A DNA stretch of 64,000 bases, taken from positions 1,986,093 through 2,050,092 of the forward strand of contig OZ199839.1 of the NCBI GenBank assembly GCA_964304625.1. The letters run 5' to 3'. Every line of letters starts with the position of its first letter. Position 1 is the first letter of the stretch. The stretch comes from Kudoa neothunni. Taxonomy: Eukaryota > Animalia > Cnidaria. Positions 52,673 to 64,000 of this stretch are shown here, piece after piece. Below the pieces are notes generated by a model. The model ran no database searches. It saw only the letters and a list, made by a program, of their open reading frames with translations, and was not told where the DNA came from. A program made the position numbers and the translations under genes.

Positions 52673-55600
52673 ATGGTCGTAAAAGTTACCATATTAACAT
52701 TTCTCCTTGTATTCACGTGTATATCAAATACATATGCCATGCTATATATTATTAATGATTATTAGACTTCATATCAAATCATATTTCTTCAAATGAAATC
52801 GATAATTCGATAATGAGACTTAGTTTTTCAGAACATGAAAATAAATATATCATATCTCTTTCTGGATATAATATAGAAAATAGTAACCGAAAATGTGGCC
52901 TCCAGTATTACAATAAAACAGATAATATTATCAAAGAATTTTCTACATGTGGTCCTGATATTGGAAACACAGTTTCAGGGTCAAGCATGTGTATTTATGA
53001 TTGTAAAAGAGTCCAATTAAAATTAGATGGGAACGAATTAAAAAATGTTAAATATATAAAGTGGTGCCAGGGTAAGAGTGAGGAAGATATTAAAAAGTGT
53101 CTTATTAAGAAGATTTTTAAGGTCAAGGGTATAAATTATCTAACTTATCTTTCCTAATATGTATTAGATATTTACATAAAAACTAAGTTATCGTCTAAAA
53201 TAATTGATGATGAATTCATTGTGGTCGTTCAAAGCAAAACGAACGTAGGCTTTACATCGAAGGTTGATGGTACTGAAGGATTGAGAGTGGAATCAGATGA
53301 AACATTCTACCAGGAGAAATCTATCAAATTGAGCGCAAGGTCAGATCAACCAAAATATATCATCGAATTTAATAATCGGTCGCCTGAAATATTTTTTAAT
53401 CCAAAAAAAGCTGACGAAGATTTTTATATCGCAACTGGTAGACGTTTAAAAGTGAATAAGGATTTTTTTTATGAAATTACACTTGTGAACCCAACCCCCT
53501 CAAAAATATGTTACTTTGGATTAAAGACGGTTGCCGAAAACCAGTATTCTTCTATGTGTTCTCCAACAAACTTGTATAGATCGTGCTATCAACCTTGTGT
53601 CAAAGCCATGTTAAATATTTCCAGGACAGAAATGTCATATGCCAATCTGCTTGTAAAGCCGTTAGGAAAATCAACCTCAAAAGATTTTATTCAACTACTT
53701 ACATGTAATTTTTATCTTCTCAAATATGATATAAATATTTTTTAGTTAAGGATAAACAACATGAAGTTCAATACAAGAATAATGACATCACCGTTGATTT
53801 GTCTCGTTTTAATAAAAAGGAATCAGATAGAAATGTTGCCATAGCAGGAGCTAAAATTACAAAAATAAAACTAATAAAGAAATATATGGGAATTGGAAGT
53901 CATGGAGTTAATCCTAATTGTATTAATACATGTGATAGTTTCTCTTCAATTACTTTGACCTCACTTTCTCCTTCCACAGAGTATATTCTAAGAATTAAAG
54001 TAACTGGGGTTGAAGTACGAGATTTTAAGGAATCTCTGTATTACTATAGATATATCTATTTTAAAACTAAGGGTAATTATATATTTTGTCCCTCATTATA
54101 TGCGTGAAAATAGGAAAAGAGTTTTCAAATTCGAAATCTATTTCGCTGGCGTCTGTCACCAATGAACCAACAAAATTGACTTTAACTGTAACTAATCTTT
54201 TTTCCGGCGGAACTCATAATAATGCTAAATGTGAGCTGTACTATTCAGTTGTCGGCGCTGAATCATCCAAGTTTCCTGCTACATGTGAAAAAAAAGGGGA
54301 AAAACAGTTTTTGTTTTGATACATGTATCGGCACTTTTAATATTGTTAACCTTGATCCCAAAACCAGTTACAAAGTGACGATATGTTCTAAAGGATACAC
54401 ATGTGCTGAAAGCAACGGAGTGGAGAGTAATTTTTATTTAATAACATTTTTATATTATTTAATAGCTGCTGGAAGTACGTTTACGATTAGCTCAAGTCAA
54501 GATAATGCGAATAACAAGACCACTCTAACAATTACTCCATCTGGAGAAAATAATGTATCATTATGGGCTTATCTTCTGATGGATAAAGAAACTATGAAAA
54601 TAATTTTTGATTGTTTGAATAGCAATTGCGAGCCTGCCATAAAAACTTTGGCTGGGATTACTACGCTAGATATTTCTTGGAGCATTCTTAACTCAGAGTT
54701 CAAATACCAAATAATTACAGTCAAAAAATATTCCACGAAATTTGTCAAAACAGACATAACAAGTAACTTTTTACTTCAAGGTGTAAATAAATTTTCGTAG
54801 GAAACAGTGATCAAGGCACTGAAGAAATGATTGTACGATACAATACGAACTTAAAATATTATGCAATAAAATTTAATGGTGAACTATCAACGATAAAGGA
54901 TAAAACGTGTACAATCAAAAAAGCAAAATCTGACCTCAGCGTTTACGAAAAATTGGGTGGTGGCAATCAAAAAAATACAGTTCTATGCAAGAATTTGGGA
55001 TCAGAAATCACTTTTTCACATAATAATGCCGATAAATTAAACTATATATCTGTTACATACGAAGAAATAAAAACTGAAGAAATCGAGGATACAGAGGATT
55101 CAGAAAATCCGATTACACCACCAAATGGCCCAAGTCAAAATGAAAGAAAAATTACAGGTAAAGTTCATAATGGCGATAGTTTAAGCGGTGCGGAAGAAAC
55201 GACAAAAAACCTCGATGGTGAACTAGAAAGTTCAGCTGTTACGAAAGAAAAAACTAGTTCCCAACAACCTGCCAAAAAGAAACAGGTGAAAAAAAAGTTC
55301 ACTAAAGGAAAGGTTTTCTCGTATATAGGTAATATCTATTTGAATATCTTTTAATGAATTAAATTAGATTACCTTGAGGAAATCATATATGAGGCAAAAA
55401 TATACAAGGAAGAGTTAATATTAGGCACATTTACATGCCACTTAAGTTGTAAAACTTACAAAGATGGCCAGTTACAAACTTCCATCAATGAATATAATGT
55501 TATTCACCACAATAATTGGTGCAATTATGGGAGTTATATTGTAATATTCGACGGAGATGTGGAGCACTATCACATAAGTTGCCCAGGGAAACCCGATTTC

Positions 55601-58600
55601 CATTACTTTTCTGATAATACCTTCATTAAAAACAATGTTCCTAAAAAGAATCGATATTACTTTGAGTTGGCAATAAACGAATCAAATAGAGGACTTACCG
55701 TTAAGTTGATTAACGATGAACCGTCGGAGTTATGTACATTTGAATGGATTGACGCAACACCGTTATCTGAAAATAATTTTTTTTCTAGTGAATGCAAAAA
55801 TAATGCAAATTGTATTTACAGTTTTTGCAGTAGCGTTACTTTTTCTAGTATACCCGTGGAGGTAACGGCAGTAAAAATACGGGTGCTTAAGCTAGGAATG
55901 GAACCAGCTATTAGTTATACTAACAATATCTACTTCTGTAAGTTTAAATTTTTTAAAATTAAAATGCACATACTTTAGTGAAACATTTAAATGATACCTC
56001 ACCCACAATGTTCAATTCAAATATCAAAATCAACTTTGCAAAAACTAAATATGGTGAGGATGGTCAACTTATAACCAATTCGCCAAGTTGTACATTAAAA
56101 TACTGGAATATTGATGCCCCATTAAATGATGAATGGGGAAGGCGCGATATTACCAGTCCGACATGTGGATTTGGAGACATAGAAATAGCACCTGACAAGA
56201 GACGTTCACTGAATGAGATCGTAGTGATTATCAAAACTATTCCCAATCATACCTTGATGAAATATTTTTACTATAAAAAACGTACTTCGGCTTTGAAAAT
56301 ATTTTTTTATAATTTATTAGCATCAAACAATAAACTTTCCGATACGGAGGTCATTATTACTCCCAGCAAGAACGGATTCAAATTTACTCCAAGTTCAAAC
56401 GATCAATCAAGCAAGTGTACTATCTATGTGAAACAGAGCGGCTCAAAACTTGGTTACATTCCAGCAGTGTGTGAGGGAAATAAACCATGTTTTGATGAGT
56501 GCAAAAATGAATTTAATATAATTGGGTTAAATTCGGGTGCCGAATATGACATAAAAGTTGTGCCCACCGGAGATTACGCGGAACAAATATTTAAAAACAA
56601 AAAAACTGGTAAATATTCATTAAAACAATTTGTTTATATATCACATAGACGGTGAAACAATTACCTTTAAAGTTTCTGATGAATCAAAAAGGAAGTATCT
56701 GAAAATAATTCCTGAGAAAAATTTCAATGGTCAAGCTGGAACTGACTGCTACTATCAGTTGTGTAAATATGAAGTAGAAGAAAGTAATTAATTTAGAATT
56801 TTCTCAAATGAAACATCTTAGACTCGTCGATTGATTCCTCACAACCATGTATTGGATACAAAACTGAATTCTTAGTATCAAAATGTGATAAAATCGAATT
56901 CAATGAAACTTTATACAACAATAAAAATAATTACAGATTAATTGTATATGCAAGTGGAAAATCAGCGCCATATGAACTTTTCATCCCAGGTTGTTTAGAT
57001 ACATCAACTATAAGTTAATTTTTTCCTAGCGTTTTCCCTCCGTGGTAAACTCAAACAGAAATTTTTACCTCCTAATGAAGATGAAAGAGGAATAGGAAAA
57101 TTTTCTATCTCGCTCTTAGAATATCCAAACAACAATAAATGCGTAATAAAACTTTCTGGGTTTGAAATTATTCCAATATTCAATAAACCAACGTGCTCAT
57201 CGAGTGCTAGTGAAAGGCTGTGCTTGGTGGACTGTAGAATATCAGGACTTGAAATTGGTTTCGTAAATTCAAAAGTGGATCGTTATATATCTGTTTTTTA
57301 TGGTGATAATGAAAACGAGGCTATAACTTCAAAAAGAGGTTCTGTGTTTCCGATAGTGATGGGTAAGAAAAGATTATTCGATCTTTTGGTTTTCATTGAT
57401 TTTCAACGATAAATTTATACATTACAAATTTTAATTCTTTACGCATATAAATTAATTAGACTAATATTTTCCATTTGATTTAGATTACCTGCATAAAAAT
57501 ACTTACAAATTGACACATGTCGACGACAACATTAATTTTTCCTACGAATCAACATCCAAAACAGACTTTAGAATTATTGCCGATGATTCGAGAAATGCAA
57601 AAAATAGTGAGCTATCCAAATCTGATTACACTAATATGCCAGAAAATAAATCAACCAAGCTCTCAATCAGCACAGTTCAAAATCATTATAAGATTGATTC
57701 CACCCTTATGTGGCCTCGATTATTCTATTACACGAATAATGCTATCGTTAATAATACTATACCCTTAAAATCTGAAATTCTATTTTCCATCTCAGAGGTT
57801 ATTGATGAAAGGAGAAAATTGAAAATTAACTTCTCTCCAGGCCCCTATGACAAAGAAATGTGTCATATCAAGGTGTTTGAGGTGAAAGATGATGGTGCGG
57901 ATCAAGACAATAATATTTTGAATAACTGTGGAACTGTGAGTGATGGATGCTACCAAATTTGCGAGGATGGTATAATAAATTTAAACAAAGAATACGATAA
58001 AGTTGGAGTGATTGTAAAACGGAGACACGATAAAAGCGGTTTCAAGCAATATTTCACAAGTAATTCGTTATAATATCTTGATTAATCGTTATTTATATTT
58101 ATAGGAGGTGACCGTGGATTTACATTATCTGGGATCAGCGAAAATGGCGTTACATTAACTGGATTAAATAATTATTCGAAAAATAAAGATGGGGTAGTTT
58201 CTCCAATGTGTGAAATTAAAATAACTAAGGCGAACACTTATTCCACCGAGTCATTAGCGCAGTGTGACAATAAGGTTTGCACTTCAATCTGCGAAGGTTC
58301 ATACTCTATAAGTAATTTGTCTCCTGGAACCAATTATGTGGTTTCGACGAAAATTTCAAACCTTGGATTTGTTAATGACTACATAAAAAAAATGAGTTTC
58401 AGAACCAGTAAATATTTTGCGGAATTTTCCAAACTAATATTAGTTAGTCGGTGGAAATGCATTAACTGGAACTAACATAACCCCAACCATTGATAGAACA
58501 AGTGTTTCAATCACACCTTTTGGATCTAATGATCCGCAGTCAATGTGTAAAGTTTACATTAAAAAGATTGGCGAATCCAATTCAAAACACATGGCTGTTT

Positions 58601-59683
58601 GCCATGGAATAGGGATTTGCGAAAACAAATGTAATAGCGAGTTTAACATAACTAATCTCGAGTTTGAAGAAAGGTATGAAATAACAGTTGAGCCATCCGA
58701 TGGTAAACAAATCAAGACTTATTCAGGCATCGAAACAAGTAATTAAATATAATTTTATTGATTATAAAATTCATTACTAGAAAGTTATACTATTGATATC
58801 AGCTATACTCTAAATGGAGAAAGTGACTTGATTATTAACGTGAATTTTGAACGTAAGGGGGATGATTCGACGTGTCCTTTTATGTTGCATGAGAAAACAG
58901 TTGAGCAGATGAACCCACCGATTACTTGGTGTCATGATAATGATGAATGCTCAGCCAATAAATGTGTTATCCCAATTAATGGATTATACAAGGAAAAAGA
59001 TTACGTTTTGACAGTAAAAGCAAGGAGTTATACAAAATACAAGAAACATGAAATTCCATGTAAGAAACAAGATTTTTACTTTTTAAATTAAATTATTACT
59101 TTTCTTTATCAATCTGTATATTTATGTATATATAGATAGAAAAATTTTACAATTAAAAGGGTAATATATAAAGTTATTTTTACTCATTGTTGATTATATT
59201 TTTTAGTAAATTTTTATTTAAACATTAATCAATTAAAGTTATTCTTAAAGAGCAACATTTGACAAGTGAATATATTGATGGTGATTTTGAGGATATCGTT
59301 GAAAATGTTATCAAAAGAATTCAAAGAGGGTATTAATTGTTTGATGATATTTCTAAAATATCTTTTAGTAATTATAATACTGTGATATAACTGTCTTGAA
59401 TGTTAATAACGAGTAGATGATTCAGATGTCTATGACGCTTCGCAGAATAATTATACGTAATTCATATTGTTCAATTCTTATTATCAAATTTTATTAGGTC
59501 ACATGAATTTTACATGTAAATTATAACTTTATTCATTGTTCGACATTATTATTTAGTCTTTACGCTTTGATACCGCTTGTGGAGTCATTGTTAGTGATGG
59601 TTTGTGTAACACTATATAGACGGAAAAAGAGAAAAATAAGAAGAAAAAATATGTTACAGTCTCATAGTGAGAGATACCTATAA
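52673..59683 (+). CDS. Large (~2000 aa) predicted type-I membrane protein with Cys-rich fibronectin type III-like repeats
   Basis: Hydrophobic N-terminus MVVKVTILTFLLVFT. About 17 consecutive phase-1 GT-AG introns. Repeats such as 'C..C...C...FNI.NL.P.T.Y.V.V'. C-terminal 'LYALIPLVESLLVMVCVTLYRRKKRK'. One frameshift at ~54290; exons in 59135-59560 are unresolved. Confidence 0.82.
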
Positions 59684-60589
59684 ATATTGTTTACATATAA
59701 AAGTTTGAAAAAATATTACTCATTGTAGTTCTTAGTTATTTTATGTTGTTTATGAAGTAATAATGCAATATATTTATAGCAGTCATTAAGGTTATTTTGA
59801 TTGAGCGATTCCCTGTCACGTAAAGTTGGATAAAATATAAAAAGGTGATACACAGTTGATAGGTCTCTTTTTATTATCTGTAATTAACAACGGCATGAGA
59901 TTTCCAAACCCTAGCAATGCCGTCTCAATGTTTAGCGGTTTCACAAGCGCTAATGCTAATCAGTGTGCCTTAATGCTTGGGTTAAACTCTAACCGTTGCA
60001 TCTGTTCATTGAAATTAATACATGATTTTCTAGCATACAAATTAATAATAAAAAGCATTAAAATATATATTTATATATAGTTAACTGAAACTTGCTGGAA
60101 TTAATCTCATGATCCATTATACAGTAATGGACCGGTCGTAAGTAGCACTACTCGTACGTACATTAGTTATTTTACATATTAAAAGGTTCTCTTATATTTA
60201 AATGATTTAATTTTATTATTACTCACTTTAAATAATTTATAAGCATAAATAGTACGGAAAAAACAAAAAATAAAAAGTTACGCGAGGATTGGTTGTACGT
60301 ACCTTTTTGCTTTGACCACATGATTAATTTAAGTGTTTTCTTCTTTTTTGACACGATTAAACAATTAATAAGTTTTTATAGTTACGTCAATATGGTAGCT
60401 AGTTGATAAATGAAGGATAAACATAGACACATGTTGTAGATGCATAGTAGTGTGGTTTATAATGATATCCTCTCTAATTCATAGAAATAATAATGGCGCA
60501 ATGACAGTCCTTTCCCAATAATTCAGAAACGGATGATGATTTTATTGATCAAAAATTGAGCCTTTCAGGGATGTCCTTATTTTATTTAG

Positions 60590-61800
60590 AAGGGCTTGGC
60601 AACTATTTTAAACATCATGGCTCAAAAAGTTGGAACTAATGTCTGATTCCAATCCAGATATTTATTCATTTTTAAATCGTAATTCTAAACAAAAAAAATA
60701 ATTGTCTTTTCATTAATATTTATATTTTAGCTAGTTTTGTGTTTTAATATTTTTTGCGCGGTTGCGAAAAAAATATGTACTATCCGGCCGGGACCGGTAA
60801 TACGTACAATTTCCTCATCCCCAAGGGAATTACGTTCGACCGATTCATTACCGTAGTTCTCATTTGTTTGTAAATAACAAAGCAGTATAGGCCATCGCGT
60901 TTAATCTACACATTTGTTTCTAAGGGATAAATGGTTACATTTTAAATATAAATCAAAAAACTTACTGCAATTATCTGTTAATAAAAGACACTTTTGGGTG
61001 TCATTAGGGCATTATACTGTTGAGCAATGATCATGCAGTGAATATTTTTTTCATAGATTGTAGTATATGCGGTGCTGAAATTAATCAAAAATTTGTTTCT
61101 AAGATAATTTAGATTTATGAAATTTTATATGATTATATAGATCGAAAAATGTTTAAAATCAAATAATTGATTTCAAAACAAAATTTTATTTAACCCGACC
61201 AAATTTTACCATATCAATTTTTTTGAAAAATAGGATCTTATACGTCTTAATATCGATATAGAAATTTTGTTTTGATAACCGATTCACAAGTTCATTTATG
61301 TTCCAAACTAGATCAAGCTCTCAGTCGGTGATTTATAATACATGGCCAAATAAGAATATTTAGGGATAATTAAGAGATTCTCAACATGGTTAATCTTACT
61401 ATTGAACGCAAAAAGACATTATATCTCCTGAATTAGTTAAAAGGCGGAGCATACATCAATAATGTGAAGAGTATCATTCTAACTTGTTGTTTGTGCAGTC
61501 ATAGTCGTTGGTTTGAAATCGAACTTATCACGTTTTCAATTAAACTCAGGAACTTAACATTTAAGAGAATAATATAATTAAGATGTGACTTATTTTTTAA
61601 AAAACGAAAGATTTTTTGTTATACAAATATTACTTTATCGAAGTAATATTATTGAGGGTATGAAGTATTTTTTCCGCAGAAACCATAACAATGTGGATAG
61701 ATAATTCCAAAAATTAAAAAGTAACCAAATTTTCTTCATATTCATTCTGGATGAATCAACAAATTAAAAAAAATTTTCCATGTATTAAACATAATGTCTG
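60590..61800 (+). mobile_element. Highly decayed hAT remnant
   Basis: Left-TIR-like AAGGGCTTGGCAACT at ~60590 and 'FILDEST' motif at 61741 (compare the hAT LDESTD motif). Right end not found. Confidence 0.45.
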
Positions 61801-63235
61801 TGATGAATATAAAATATGAATACGTTATTAAGTGTTCAATAGTTAAATTTTCCCCCAATATCACGGATTGAGGGCCACTTTAATATAGGAACTTTGAGTT
61901 TCTCATTGTAGACATAAACTCTTATATTAATTTTTTATTATAGCCGTTATTAATTCTTTCAAATAATTTAAAGACATTGATAATCAGTTGGTTACAATTT
62001 TTTCTATAATTGACGCCTTTTTTTATTGAAAGCAACTAAAACAGATATATTTGCCTTTCTTGTTTTGCAATAAATGCTAATTATTGTAAACATAAAAAAC
62101 AGTTCTTTTTACTAAATGTTTTACCTTATTTTGAAGTTGATTATATTAATTAAAGTGTTTAAATAATCGTTATGAAGTGTTAAATACATAACAAAAGCCT
62201 GCAATTAAGAAATATTTTGACGTTTAGTAAAATAATGGGAATTTTAATAGAAAAGTTGCAAATTAAATTGGAGGGCTCCATAAAAATCCTGAAACGATAA
62301 TATAAGTAATTACGTGAGTTTTGTTGTTTTCACACACCCGTTTACACTTTCCCATTTTCCTTTTTTTATAATTATTTCAAAGAAAATTTATTCAACCTTT
62401 CCATCTTAGTAATTCTTTTGTGATAGTTTATTTTTAATTATAATATAAAACATTAAAATTTTTAATCGTTAAATTCATGATTAATTCTAGATGTAAGTTG
62501 GGGGAAGTTTTTTAAATAATCCAAGGTATAATTTAATTGTTTCACTTACAATCCATCTTGAGCTATTGCGGACAATCTTACACATTTTTGTAAGGAAGTT
62601 CACTTTGCTTAGTTCCGAAGGGATTGCCCATGTTAGGAATCAGCAACATGCGGCTCCTGAGCTACAGGTTACTCTTTGTTGCTTATGTCACGGTTTTCGT
62701 TGCTTCAAACTAAAGAATTAAACATTATAAAAAAAGATAGGCATTTTAATAAAAAATTGAGATTTATTTTGTATCATTTCCAATATTATTCAGATTATCA
62801 GTAGACAATAATTATCATTATTTTTAGAAGATTATGGCCATTTAAAAAAATTAAATTCAAAGTTTATTTCTATTAACGCTTGCTCGATTTCCATTCTTAA
62901 TCTTCGTATTTTTTTTCTTTTTTGCAGTTAAGTATACGGTTTATCTTTTAAATATGTCATAAATAATTATTTCTTGCCCATCACTCCATTCCTAGGAGCC
63001 AGAAATAATGACTTCTGGTCATAATTACACGCAGGGGATTAAATTTTTATTTACCAGTAGAAATTTAGTTTTATTTGAGATTAACTTTCAGCTCTTCCGC
63101 AATGAAATATCTTTTGGGTACTGAAAAATAGTTTCTCTTGCTGATGTGCCTGCCAACCCATAGTCTATGATAATGGGGATCGGAGTTTTAGCATTTATAT
63201 TTTGTTAATAACAGCGTAAAAACCTTCTAAATTAA

Positions 63236-64000
63236 CCTTTTTAAACAAGCCTGATCCATTTAGAACCTTGATATTTCTTCAATATTTGAGAAAATTTTAA
63301 TACGTGTACTTCATTTTTCGTAATTAAAATAAATTTAGATAGGTATAAAATGACCAAATTTAACAAGCTTATCTCACCTACACTTGTACATATATAAAAA
63401 TCTTCATGATCCTAGTAGGTATGGCTTCTTTTGGATATTAATAATGATGATGATGATGTACCAGATCAAAAATATACATCAAGGAATCTATCGATTTTGC
63501 TTATAAAGATAACACAGCGTTAATTGTTTTTGATGGTTCTCTAATTGATGAAAAATTCTTTTGAGTTAATGAGACTAAAGATAACCGAGACACCGACGGA
63601 AAATATAATGAATTTTCTCAAGGGCGTGACTGTTTATGAGAATCATAGAATTAACAATATAAAATATTGATGTAATTTTTTAGCGGTTTTTAGTTCGCGC
63701 CTAAATGAATTGTTTAAACATTATTATATTATATTTTTCAATAATTTTAAAGTAACACTTCAAAGCATAATGTTAAACATTATCAGACAAAATTTTTGTG
63801 CATATGTAATCTCTATCCTAATATATAAAGTTCTTATGTCTGTTAGTGTGTGTCTACAGCAGGACGCATGTGCCATGAAAAAACTTTTTTTAAATCCAGC
63901 GTTTGGTATACATTTGGAAGGATGATACCATTACGAAAAATCGTTAATTCATTTATAATTGCTTGCATAATCAATATCGGTATCAGAAATAAGGAATTTT
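63236..64000 (+). mobile_element. Possible decayed piggyBac running off the window
   Basis: TTAA|CCTTTT start, acidic N-terminus-like segment at ~63440, and 'GRMC/AMKK...NPAFGIHL' resembling piggyBac GR..KQY..KP.KFG.K. Confidence 0.3.

Noticed and set aside
1-64000. Alternative genetic code (stop reassignment) explaining the fragmented ORFs
   Set aside because: Epimerase, SmE, rhodanese and most surface-protein exons splice into stop-free frames under the standard code and end in TAA or TGA.

Overview
Very AT-rich eukaryotic (animal-like) genomic DNA. Genes are compact with short GT-AG introns (mostly about 40 nt) and sit in a dense, deeply nested field of DNA transposons (piggyBac, Mutator/MULE, hAT, pogo/Tigger and their MITEs). 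The style is consistent with a fast-evolving parasitic metazoan such as a myxozoan or orthonectid, but the taxon cannot be proven from this window. Host genes reconstructed by hand-splicing: a rhodanese with a mitochondrial-type leader (-), two adjacent orphan genes with degenerate RRM-like motifs (+), an extended-SDR NAD-dependent epimerase (+), a MAGE/Nse3 gene (+), SmE/SNRPE (+), and a ~2000-aa predicted type-I membrane protein made of cysteine-rich FN3-like modules separated by phase-1 introns (+). The best novelty candidates are that modular surface protein, a 130-bp TGTAACA...TGTTACA solo-LTR-like element carrying a tRNA-Lys-derived core, the orphan RRM-like gene pair, and an in-frame-deleted MULE with near-perfect TIRs. 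No prokaryotic features or CRISPR arrays were seen. All splice models are manual and unverified.
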